Shown here piece after piece: positions 36,684-48,638 of a DNA stretch of 64,000 nt (position 1 is its first letter; each line of letters opens with the position of its first letter). This stretch comes from Octopus bimaculoides (Eukaryota). Position numbers and translations under genes: made by a program. The stretch covers positions 42,490,675 to 42,554,674 of the forward strand of contig NC_068997.1 of the NCBI RefSeq assembly GCF_001194135.2. The letters are read 5' to 3'. The notes beneath the pieces were generated by a model. That model was not told where the DNA came from and did not search any database. It was given only the letters and a program-made list of their open reading frames with translations.

Positions 36684-39282
36684 GTAAGTGTTTTGTTCCT
36701 TAATCGTAGGTGTTTGTATCTGAAAGAGTACAATGTGTTGTTCAGCAATTGTAGTTTATTTAAATGTAAAAAAATGTAAACAAGACCTTAAGCCTGTCTG
36801 GTTACGGAAAATGGTTTGGCAAGGGAAACTTACAAACCTGATATAGTGTAATTTGTCATTCAGTAAATGTAATTCAACAAACACAGGCCTTCAGCTTTTT
36901 GGAAACCAAGTCTGTTAATGCTTCAACACGGAAGAAGATGGAACCATTTTTACTGAGAATATAAAAAAAAACAAAACCAAAAAAAACAAACAAACAAAAC
37001 ATTTAATTACATGCCTTTATATTCTAAGTTAAAATCCCACCAAGTTCAACTTAAGCTTTTATGATGACGGCAATGTTATCTTCATCATCATCATCCCCTG
37101 TGTCTGTTTTGGCATAGTTTTTGTAGCTGGATACCCTTCCTAATGCCAACCATCTTACAGGGTGGATTGAGTGTTTTTTATGTGACACCAGTATCAGCAA
37201 GGTCTGTTTTGGTATCCCGGTGCAAGCATGGGAAAGTAGTCATTAAAATGGTGATGACGATGTTGAGTTATATTATAGAATTATACATTTTACCATGTGA
37301 AATTGTGGATGCAGCTCATCACCCATCTTCCTCCCATATTGTCTTTGTGGAATCCCCAGGGGTTCGTAGACCCCTTAGGTTGAGAACTACTCATACAAAG
37401 ACTTGCTTATTGGTCTGCAATGCTTCTTCATTGACTCAAGATGTTTAAGTGCAGGGTTTGTGGGACTGAGTGAGAAGGTTGTATAATGTTGCTAAGTGAA
37501 AGTTTGACAATCACTTGGATGGACTTTTATAAAATTTTCGCTTCCCTACCACATGGTTCCAAGTTCAACCCCATTGTGTGGAACCTGGAGCAAGTGTCTT
37601 CTACTATAGTCTCAGGCTGACTAAAGCCTTGTCAGTGGATTTGGTAGACAGAAACTGAAGTGTCTTTGTGTTTGTCCCCGCTCCACCACTTGATAATCGG
37701 TGTTGGTGAGTTTGCATTATAACTTAATGGTTCGACAAAGAGACCAATAGATTGAGTATCAGGCTTAAAAAGGAAAAAAATGTACTTGAGTCGATTCATT
37801 TGACTAAGTTCTTCAAGGCAGTGCCCCAGTATGGCCGCAGTCTAATGACTGAAACAAGCAAAAGATAAAAGATAAACGCTGTTTGATTATGTCATTGAAT
37901 TGTATTGTCATGTACTTAGATATGGCTGGACGTACTAATCTAGTGAGTTCTTCAGTAACAGCATAACATTGGCGATAGGATATAAATTGCTGACCATCAG
38001 ACCCTCAAGTAGACAAGCAACTCTATAACGTGACTAGCTGCGACTTTATTTGAGTCAGTTTAATATTTGTGAACTCAGCCCTTGAATATCACAATCCTTG
38101 TTCTCTTCATTATGTACAGTGGTTGTGAGGCTAGGTTGCTTGATTAATTACTTACGGGTTCAAACCTAGCTATAGTTATTTTTTCCCTTTTCATCAGACC
38201 TTTGAAAGCGATACTCCTGCATCGCCGCTTCTTTTAATAACTTGAACAAATAGAATATAAGACTTTATATATTGCTATGGAAAGGTAAGAATTTTTCTTA
38301 TTTCCCTTGGAACAAGAATATTCGTTGCCCTCCAATTTTTTATTCTCGGGCCAGCAAATATATATTTATATAAATAATTTCGTTTATGTAAAGGGAAATA
38401 AGTGATCAGCTCTCGTTACAAGTATTACATATGGTCTCCCTTACTCGTCAACAGTCCAGATAGAGTTGTCTTTCTTCGAAGCAAAAAAAAAAGTAAAAAA
38501 ATGAAAAGAAAATACAGAATCCAATAAGATTGCTTGTGGATTTTGCTGACAAAACATTTTGAAGTTTTTGAGTTTAATATGGTCTGCGGTTAACAAGAAA
38601 TCTAACGTTTTGGGACAGCAGCTTGACTTTATTCAACACATTCTTCTATGAAAAGAACCAGTAAAAGATTTTCCCCTTCTCTCAAATGAAGGGACAGTCT
38701 CGTTTATAGTCACCTATAATCCTAGAACTATGACAGGAAGGGCATCTGGCTGTTGAAAATCTGCCTAAAACAATGCCATCAAACCTCTATGCAAGCATGG
38801 AAAAGTGGATGTTAAATGATAACGTAATTATCAGCAGCCAAAGGGAGACACCAAATCTTTAAAAAAAAATATTTTAACAAAGGTGACATTTATATTAGCA
38901 GAAGAAATAATGCAGGTAACAAAATGCAGAAACCTTTGTGGGACATGTGAAATAATTGAACAGGTTAAAACCAAGCCTGTTGTATATATATTTTTATGTA
39001 TTCTGTGAATTTTTCACAGGTCAATAAATATTAATATGCTTAGTTTTTTTGTTTTTGTATGTACCTGTGGTGTGTGTCACACTTCAAAGGAAGTAAGAAG
39101 TGAGTGACAAAGCGAGAGAGAGCAGGACAGAGAGGAAGTGAGAGAGAAAGAGGGAGTGAAAGAGACAGTTAGTGGTGATGGCGTTCATTTTATGTTTTTA
39201 AATGTTTCAGAGAGGGAACAGCCTTATCCATTGCAATAGATATAATTTGTGCAATAAAATTTACATTGGTCAGCAGGGCCGC

Positions 39283-40165
39283 CGGCTGGCCGACCGGTTC
39301 ACCGAACATCTATGAGATGTTCGGCTACACACGAACACCCCCATCGCCCGTCATTCCTGCTTGACCAACCACTCCTCCTCTAATATCTCTGTTTTTGGCC
39401 TCGCCCTGCACCGCTGATCCACACATTCCCGACTCCGCCTGGAATAGTGTTACAGTTTTAGTCTACAGACTCAAACTTATTTCAGACTCAACACAACCCC
39501 CTCCTTTTAACGACTCTCTACACCTTCCTTAAAACGAAAAAGCAACTTTTTATTTTATCTTATTTCATCCTCTCTTATAACCTGCTTACTTTTTTACACA
39601 ATTACCTTTTTTTTGATTTTTTATCGTTTTTTTTTCCGTCAAATTTTTTACTTTTTAATTGTATTAATTTTTTAATAATTGTATTAATTTCTATTTTATC
39701 TCTTTAATCTTAATTTGTTTATTTATTTTATTTTTTAATTTTTTATTTTGTATCTATTATTTTTTGTATTTTTTATTCATTTTTTATTTTTACATCTTGT
39801 ACCCTTCCCCCTTTTTTTCCCTTTTTTATCAATCTTTTATTTTATTTCTGTATACATGCACACATACATACACACGCACAAATACTTGCATGTTTACACA
39901 CATGAATGCACATATACCTCTTACACACAACACACACACACACACAGGAACGCACATACACCTCCACATATACAATCCCACGCACATATATGCACACACA
40001 CAAAACACATACATACATGTATGCGTACATACACGGTTTTTTTCCCCTCTGTATTCCTTTTCTATTGGACATTCCTCTCTCTCTTGTTTCTGAAGAAGAG
40101 CATCTGCTCGAAACGTTAAACCATCTTTCTTTCCTTCCTTGAGCATCTGCTAATACTTTACATGT
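39283..40165 (+). mobile_element. Penelope-like element 3' remnant (GIY-YIG C-terminus plus tail)
   Basis: Decayed translation GRRLADRFTEHL*DVRLHTNTPIARH...NHSSSNISVFGL, typical of the PLE endonuclease end; CTGAAGAAG...CTCGAAACG tail. Confidence 0.7.
40086..40121 (+). ncRNA. Minimal type I hammerhead-ribozyme-like motif at the tail of a Penelope-like element
   Basis: GTTT-CTGAAGA-A-GAGC(ATCT)GCTC-GAAAC-GTT-AAAC: stem I, core, stem II, palindromic stem III, GUU triplet. Confidence 0.65.
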
Positions 40166-40217
40166 ACCATGTCCTTGCATTGATTTTTGTTTTTGTTCTT
40201 TGTTTTTTTTAAATTTA

Positions 40218-40271
<54 letters not shown>

Positions 40272-40284
40272 TATTTACTTGCAG

Positions 40285-42431
40285 TAAACTAAATTCAATG
40301 TTTGAAGGAAGTTCACAGCATGATGCTCAGGAATTTCTGCAGTTTATACTGTACCATTTACAGGAAGCCGAGAAGTTACTTAAGAAGGCATCAGCCAGTG
40401 AAGCCAACAACAGCAGCCACAGCAACAACAGCAGCAGTGGCAACACCAGGAGTAGTAACAGTAGAAGCAACAGCAGTAGCAATTTCAATGGTACTGCTTC
40501 ACCTGTTTCTCTCTCCCCTTCAAGTGAGAATATCTCCACTACATCTGGGACACTAAGCACTGACAACAGCAGTGCGTTTGTAGGCAACAAGACTATGGTG
40601 AACAACAGGGAGTCATCCTGTGATGGCTTGCACTTATTACCTCCCACTGAAATAGCTTTTTCTCCAAATTGCTCAATCAGCCCTGATGTCATTGTACGCA
40701 GTTATTCATTAGACGACTTGAGTTCTACTTTACACACATCTTCATCTTCATCACAGAAGACGTCTGAGTCTGCCCTCACTGACCAATGCCCTGCCACTCA
40801 TCAGTTGGACAAAACGTCTGACTTTAAAACTAATTTATTAAAACACCAATGCGTATCTTCTCTTGACGATGCTAACTCTGTTTCAGAGCTTGGGACATCT
40901 ACATTAACTAAGCTGCAGCCTGGTTTTGATTCCAGTAGCCACAACAGTCACACTAACGGCATTTCTTCTGTGGGAGGTACCAGGATATTCTCTGCGGAAG
41001 ACACAAAGCTTTCTTCAACAGAGGATTCAAAATCTGCTTCTGTGGAGGATGTGAAGTCTTCCTCTGTGGTGGATAAAAAATCTACCTCTGTTAAGGACAA
41101 GAAGTGTGTCTCTGAAGAGGGTTCTAAATCTGCTTCTGTGGAAGGTGTAAAACATGTTTCTGTAGTTGATAGTAAATGTGCTTCCTTGAAGGACACAAAC
41201 TGCATCTCTATGGAATACACTAACTGTACCTCAGAGGATGACACAAAATGTATCATTGTGGAGGACAAAAAGTCTACCTTCAAGAAAGACAGAGATTGCA
41301 TCCTTAGCAGGGACATGAAATTCGTCCAGGTGGACGACACTCAGGATATCTACATGGAAGACATGAGTTATCGTTCTTCCATTTCAGATAAAAAGTTAGT
41401 GCCTGTTGAAAACCTGAAGAGCAGCACTTTAGATAACATGAAGGACAACTCTGCTCTGAAGGAAGTTATGAAGCCGACTTGTGAGATAGATGCAAAGCAA
41501 GTCAGGGGGGAGGACATGCTGTTGAAAACTAGCTCCTCCTCCTCCTCCTTCATCCTTACTCCTCCTCTTACACCTCTTTCTGCGAAATGCTTTACCATTG
41601 AAGCTGCTGTAACAAATGGAAAAATTGGTGTAAATGGACCCCTTTCTGTCGCTCAGTATTCTTCGAAAGCCACCCACCCAACCCCTCTCCTGTCACAGTC
41701 ACAGGCATCTCCCTCATCTTCAGCACCGGTGCCTCACTGCCATTCTGCCTCTGCTCCACTACCTCCCTCCACACTTTCCCCCTGTCTTTCTCCCCCACCT
41801 CCTCTGTTGGAAAACTCCTGCCATTCGCCTGAAAACTGTCCCACAATTCAGACTACTGTTTCTGTTACTGCCACTGACAACACCATAAACAGTGCCACTA
41901 CCACCACCACCACCACCGCCACCATCACTACCACTTCTACAAACACAAACACTACCAACACAAACACTGCTAACACCACCACCACCACCACCACCACCAC
42001 CACCACCACCACTGCAAATGCTAACAGCAACAACAACAACAGCCATACGTACAACAAAAACAGCAACAATAAGAAAACTAAATCAAAAAACACAGTGTCG
42101 TTACACAATGGTATGAGTAAGAACCAAGTGCGTCAAATCTGGAATTCTTTTGTGAAGCTGGAAAAATGTGACTTGGTGTGCAACAGTGCCCTCAGTTCTG
42201 TGAATGTCTATTATGCCATCGAGTGCCTTAATACAGGGAACTCTTTGAAAAAAAAGAAGGATTTTGTCAAACAGCTGTTTCTCGGGACCATCTTGTCAAG
42301 GACTCGCTGTCTGGAGTGTGAAAAGTCAAGTGAAAAGCCTGAGGAATTTCTTGAGGTCAGTGTTCCGTTGAAGAAAACCTCAAATCCCTTAAGGAACAGT
42401 GATGGAGAAAGCAGTGATCCTGAAAATGAAG
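40285..42431 (+). CDS. USP1: USP1 giant coding exon 6 (KLNSMFEGSSQHDAQEFL ... large insert ... LFLGTILSRTRCLECE...)
   Basis: ttgcag acceptor; 2147 nt open; GAAG|gtatgt donor; QHDAQE box and RTRCLECE zinc-finger half as in human USP1. Confidence 0.95.
40991..41374 (+). repeat. Coding 24-nt (8-aa) degenerate minisatellite within USP1 exon 6
   Basis: About 16 units of consensus S-V-E-D-x-K-[SC]-x. Confidence 0.85.
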
Positions 42432-43084
42432 GTATGTTTATTGGTCTTATTATTATGCCGAGGTAAACTTTGCCTTTCATCCTTTCAGGGTTGATAAACT
42501 AAGTACAAATTGCTGGCTTTGCACCAAAATTTGAAACTATTATTATTATTATTATTATTATTATTGAGTGAGAGAGCAATGCATGCCATCAAAGTGACAC
42601 TAGGGTAAAATATACAAAACCCAGTATATCCAGCATGACTACCCGTCTGATAAGGGTACACCAGGTACATGCATCACAACCATATGTGCGCGACATAGTG
42701 ATCTCATATCAAGATAAACAGCACATGACCTTGCAGGTGGGACTGAAGTTAGAATTTTCTTCAGGTCAATTAGCCCCATCCCACTCAAAAGGTTCCTGAG
42801 TAAGGGTTGTTTAAAGATGTTGAATGAACCACCCATATTTCCAGAGGTGAATTATTCAAACCCCAAAGAATTCCTCTCAATACATGGCTATGGCACTCCC
42901 TCACTACTTCTGCTCAGTTGGTTAAGGTCAAACAACTGACAAGCAAATCTGAGGTATTGAGCAGGATATTTGCTGTAACACATCTTTTATAGCAAGACAG
43001 AACAATGTACATGATAACACTTCCAATCAATTAAGATCAAAAGCCATGAGAGCAACTACCTGGTACTGCATCAGGGCATTTATT

Positions 43085-43870
43085 ATTGTTATTATTATTA
43101 TCATCATCATCAAATTTTACTTCTCAGAGTTCTCGATCTTACTTGTTCCAGTTAATTTTCTGAGAGCAGACAGCAGCCAGTTGTCAAAGGTTTCAGAGAG
43201 TCTCTTTCCACAAATTATAAAACTTGGTACTTATGTCAAATATTGTCAGTCTCAAAATCTTTGCTGTCCCCAGTAGAGCAGTTCTTTGAGCATGTTCTAC
43301 CCTCATGTCAATGCCGATTTCTTTGACATATTTCTTGAACTTGGTTGTTAGTGCTCTGAGTGCCCCTACAACTACTAGGATGACAATTACTTTCTTCATT
43401 GCCCACATTCTTGCAATTTTGTCTTTTAGTAACTTGTTTTTTCCACCTTTTCCAGCCCTTTGTCACCTATGCGTGCATCGCCAGGTATGACAATATCTAT
43501 AATCTTAGTTTCCTTCTTCCTTTTATCCGCTACAGCAATTTCCAGTCTTTTGGCATCAATTAGTGACTCACATTGGGTTGTCAAGTCCCACACGATCTTA
43601 TATTCGTTATTCTCAGTGACACCTGGTTTATGTTCAAACCATTTCCATTTTCTTCTACTACCATACTTCTCACACAATCTCCAGTGAACAAACTTGTCCA
43701 CATTATCATTACCTCCTTTTATATTCCTTTTGGGCCGGTTTGCTACACTTACAACATGTGAAATTGTTTTGTTTTTGCTGCCACACATCCTACAAAGGAT
43801 CCTATATATTTGGAACTTGGTGTAATTAGTCCTCAGAGCTTGTTCCTGGGTGCTGCATATCAATGCCTCA
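43085..43870 (-). mobile_element. R4/Dong/NeSL-type non-LTR retrotransposon 3' end (CCHC knuckle plus restriction-like endonuclease)
   Basis: QEQALRTNY..CRMCG..TISHVVS..HW.LC..WD..RLEIAV..IIDIVIPGD, then KTALLGTAKILR-like end and a (GAT/AAT)n tail. Confidence 0.8.
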
Positions 43871-44218
43871 GTGCATCCTTTCAGATTACTTTTTCCTTTG
43901 CCACCTCCAGGTGTTGTCTTTTCCTTCGATTTCTCAGGTATTTGTCTGTGCATTGTCTTCGTTTTCCAATTGTTTAATTTTTGTTCTTCATTTTTATTTC
44001 TTAAATGTTTTTGGGTGCATCCCAAAATTCTTACAATGTCAACAATAACAATAATGTTTTATGAAGATTGATGTAACTCTTCACAATAAGAAGAGTACGA
44101 TGTGATATGTAATAACATTTCTCAATTTGAACCCAAAGATGGTGGAACTGTCAAAATGTTGTCCAGTTCAATAAACAAAATTTAACTTTTTAAATAAATA
44201 TTGCATTGTTCTCTTCTT

Positions 44219-44257
<39 letters not shown>

Positions 44258-44298
44258 ATAATAATAATCTGTTTTTTCCCTCATCTTCAATATGGCAG

Positions 44299-44485
44299 AC
44301 AGCTCTGATCAGAACACATTGATCAGCTTCATCTCGTCTTTCTCTGAAGTGGAGAAACTGCAGGGTGACAATAAATACTACTGCGACAGTTGCTACAACT
44401 ACGTGGAGGCTGATCGATCTCTTCATTACGATACCTTGCCAGACATTCTCACTGTACACCTGAAACGGTTCTCAGCATCTTCAGA
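44299..44485 (+). CDS. USP1: USP1 coding exon 7 (EKLQGDNKYYCDSC...LPDILTVHLKRF)
   Basis: ggcag acceptor and GA|gtaagt donor; second CxxC of the USP finger and the HLKRF box. Confidence 0.95.
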
Positions 44486-45746
44486 GTAAGTCTTCCGTAT
44501 GTCCATTTTTTATTTTTATACCTCTGGTTTTCTTTGTTTTTTTTTTTTTTAAATTTGTTTTGTCTTAATTTTCTGTATGTAAGCACAGGCATAGCTGTGT
44601 ACTAAGAAGTTTGCTTCCCAACCATATAGTCATGAGTTCAGTCCTGCTATGTGCAAGTATCTTCTATTATAACCCCAAGCCAGCCAGTGCCTTGTGAGGA
44701 GATTTGGTTGATGAAAACTGAAAGAAGCCCTTCGTATATATATTTATATGTGTGTGTGTGTGTGTGTGTGTGTGGGAATTGAGAAATTACTGTTTACATA
44801 GTTGGCATGTCACAAAAAGGATAATAGCTATTATCCATTAGAGGTTGATAAAATAAAATACCAGTCATGTACTGGGGTTGATTTAGTCAACTAACTCTTT
44901 CCCTCTGAATTTCAGGCCTTGTGCCTCTATGTCAGAAACAACTATTATATTATAATAGTTGTTTTATAATATTATAATCATGTTGGTATTGTGCCGTGCT
45001 TGAGAAGAAGACCCATCAAGCCAAGTGAAACCGCTGTTGTGGCAGATACCAGTGTCACGCAAATGGCACCTGTGATGGTGGCATGTAAAAGCAGCCATTA
45101 CACTTTCAGAGTGGTTGGCATTAGGAAGGGCATCCAGCCATAGAAACCATGCCAAATCAGACTGGGGTCTGGAGCAGCCTTCCAGCTTGCCAGCCCTGGT
45201 CAGACCGTCCAACCCATGCCAGCANNNNNNNNNNNNNNNNNNNNNNNNNNNNNNNNNNNNNNNNNNNNNNNNNNNNNNNNNNNNNNNNNNNNNNNNNNNN
45301 NNNNNNNNNNNNNNNNNNNNNNNNNNNNNNNNNNNNNNNNNNNNNNNNNNNNNNNNNNGGTTTAGTAGTTAGGGTATTTGGTTTGTGATCATAGGGTTGT
45401 GAGTTTGATTCCTGGAGGCGTGTATTTGAACTCAGAGCACAGAGCTAGAATGAATATTGCAAGGCAATCCATCCGAATCTCTAATGACTTGACCACTTCT
45501 CTGTCTAAACAATTGCGATTCATACTGCATCATCATCAGTGTAAAATAAAAGACTGCTAGAATTAGGATTTTGGGTTAAGCTCTTATCTAGTGATACTAT
45601 TTTGAAAAAAAAAAAAAAAAATAACTACCAGCAATATTAGAAGTTGATTCAATTCATTTTACCTGTTTCTCCCTTTCCCTAATATATATTAAAATTTGTA
45701 TTTGGTCCGAACAAAAAGTTCTTCATTGTTTTTTTGTTTCTCTCAG

Positions 45747-45848
45747 AATTGGACTAATGTGTAAAATCAATGATCATGTGGATATTCCCCTTTCCTTGCC
45801 ATGCCTTCTTTATAAATGCCCCAAAGATTGCTATCGTCAGGATCATCG
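45747..45848 (+). CDS. USP1: USP1 coding exon 8, 102-nt symmetric phase-2 exon (IGLMCKINDHVDIPLSL...)
   Basis: tctctcag acceptor and CG|gtaagt donor; aligns with human GLSKINTPLLTPLKL. Not in the ORF track. Confidence 0.88.
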
Positions 45849-47928
45849 GTAAGTTATTTTTTCTCCTTTCATTCAAAATTACACAAGTTCTTTGATTATT
45901 ATATTTGACCTGCACATGTTTTATATAGAAAAAGACCTTTTTCCTTACAAAAACATTATTTAGAAAACAGTTGATTTTTCTTCTTAGGAAAATATATTTT
46001 TCTATAAAAAGTAACTTTTGCATTGAAAAATAAGATGTTTAAAAATTTTTTTTTTGTTTTTAAAAAAATTATCACATTGTACAATGTTAAATCTCGTAGT
46101 TCCTGTTAGTGTTTCACCATCATCAATATCATCATCATCATCATTTAACGCCCGTTTTCCTTGCTGACTTGGTTTGGATAGTTTGACAGGAACTGGAAAG
46201 TCAGAAGACTGCACCAGATTTCACTGTCTGTTTTGGCAGGGCTTTTATGGCTAATGCAAAACATTACTGATTGGAATAGGTACTTCTTATTTGGCACCAG
46301 CACTAGCGTGGGCAGTTTTGGCAAGGTTTTTAAGGCTGGATGCCCTTCCTAATGCCAACCACTTTACAATGTGGACTGGATGCTTTTTACATGACACCAA
46401 AAATGGCCAAGTTGATAGGATCATAGATTGCCAATTCAGTTTCAAGTTCATATTGATTGTTAATTCTTTGTGTTTCTGGGCATTACACTTCAATTTACTG
46501 TGCTTTACACTTCACATAACTGACTGAAATAGGCACCAGGTCATCTGAGAATGCTACCTATGATACATTAGTTTTTTTTCTACAAGGTTAGTAGGGATGG
46601 GTGGCACACCATGATATGACAGCTAAGCATTGGCTTGTAAAACACTCTTGTGGTTTAAAAAATATTTCTATTTAATTTATAAGCACAGAGACACCAACTA
46701 CTTGTAGACAGCAGTCAACGAGAGAGCTTCTATGTGCTAGAAATAGCTGTTAAATTCCCCTTGAATCATCCTACTATCTTCAAAAATGAGGTTTCATTAG
46801 ATAATATAGTCCTGGCTGTATTGGTCTGAATAAAAGCAGGTTTTTTTATCAGAGGCCTACTTGATCAGGGCTAACATGGGGCTAAAGAACAGCGACAATT
46901 TCCTTTATAACTTCCAAAGAGCTAGGATTAGAGAGACAGGTATTATAGGTAAAAATAGAATAATCCAACCCAAGGGACATAACAAAGTGAGAATGATCTC
47001 TCAATGTGACATGATTACAATTGATCAAACACTGAGTAACTGAATTGTTGTATTGATAAACAGAAAAGAACAGAGAAATATGAAAACCTTGATTTAATAT
47101 AAACAGGAAAAAAATTAAAGCATTAAAAACTATTGAAACTATAAATGACAACTAATACTTTGTCATCTTAAGACTGAATGTTAGGAGCTGTATTTCATTC
47201 TTAATGTGTTTCTTTAGTAATTGAAATACTTCAAGTGGAATTTTTTTCCTCTCATCTGGTTATCAAGTGTCTTCAGCTGTGCTTCTACATCATTGCTTGG
47301 TCTGCTAGAAATAGCATTCACACACTCGACTGACTTGAAGAAAATGGACAGATACATAGAAAAATGTAGTTTTAAATACAGTATGTTTCACTAAGAAGAT
47401 GGGGAGGTCATGACTGAATTGCCTTAAGTAATAGGTCTGCTTAACCAGTGCTAATCTGGAGATAAACAAATTAGGAAAAGTCATGTCTCTTAACTTGGTT
47501 AGTAGTTAATTAATTCAGACACAGCTTGTCTGAAATGGACCTTTCAAACTTCTCATGCAAACTATTTATATCCTTCAGCAATGAAATCTTGATGGGGTGG
47601 GAGAGATGGAACACTCCCTATCTAAAAGATTCATCATGATGGGTGCCACATAAAAAGCACTGGTGATGGTGCCATGTAAAAGGCACCCAGTACATTTTGT
47701 AAAGTAGTTGGCATTAGGAAGGGCATCCAGCTATAGAAACCAAGTCAAAACAGATTGTGAAAGCTGGTGTGGCCCATGTTCTTGCTAAATGTCAAGCCAT
47801 CCAATCCTTGCCAGCATGAAAAACTGGTGTTAAATGTTGATGATGGTGATGATGAATTTTGTTGTGATATGTTTGTGATAATTTTTTAAGTAAATAACAA
47901 TGTTTACTATCTGTTTTCATGTATCCAG

Positions 47929-48262
47929 GTATAGTTTGTTTGGAATGATCACTCATGCTGGTTACACCATATCCTCGGGACACTATGTTGCCTATGTGAA
48001 AACCTTTGCTGGCTCACTAACCTGGCACTTCCCACCGAACGGTGGACAGCGAGATTCGATGCCAGTGAACAGTGCTGCAAGCTGCCGGTCATCATACTCA
48101 GACTCACACTCGGATGGCGATATCTTCTGGCTGGAATGTGATGACAGCTCGGTGCGTGTGTTCACCGAGGAAGACTTCCTTGAGCGGCTCTCTTCTGAGG
48201 GCCTGCTGACAGGGACACCCTATTTATTGTTCTACCACAGATCTCCAATGAAGCGTTCGTAG
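47929..48262 (+). CDS. USP1: USP1 terminal coding exon 9, His box (HAGYTISSGHYVAYVK; His 47981-47983; WLECDD Asp 48140-48145; TPYLLFY; stop TAG)
   Basis: atccag acceptor; ISSGHY and TPYLLFY match human USP1 (HSGITISSGHY, TPYLLFY). Confidence 0.96.
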
Positions 48263-48626
48263 TAGTGTCGCAACTCTGGTACTGGGCTAATAGGCCCACC
48301 TCTCTCTTGTCCGATCACCTGCCTTGCACTGGAGTAAACTACAACTACCCTGTGCATGCGTGTTGGGCTACCAGTTGCCATCACTCTGTTGCTGCTGACA
48401 ACCATGAAAATACCCAACAAACAATATCTTACTAAGCCACCACCACCACCACCACCACCACCACCACCATTACCACGTCCCATTGTTGTCATTGTCATTA
48501 TCATCATCATCATCAGCAACATCTTCATGATGTTATTTATGTTCTAGTTGTAGTATTTAGCATTAGCAGTGTTTTGTGTTGTAGTCCTGTTCATTCTTCC
48601 ATCTCAGCCTAAAACAAAAATAGATA

Positions 48627-48638
48627 AATAAAAATAAA
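48627..48638 (+). promoter_or_regulatory. Tandem AATAAA polyadenylation signals, candidate USP1 3' end
   Basis: AATAAAAATAAA about 365 nt after the stop codon; the true 3' end may lie further downstream. Confidence 0.45.

Noticed and set aside
40187-40284. N-terminal 33 aa of the 759-aa ORF
   Set aside because: Intronic (TA)n and pyrimidine tract; the exon begins at the ttgcag acceptor (40285).
42432-42466. C-terminal GMFIGLIIMPR of the 759-aa ORF
   Set aside because: Read-through past the GAAG|gtatgt donor; homology resumes in exon 7.
43870-44071. N-terminal part of the 199-aa - strand ORF as a host gene
   Set aside because: Only the downstream part matches a retrotransposon RLE domain; no separate gene evidence.
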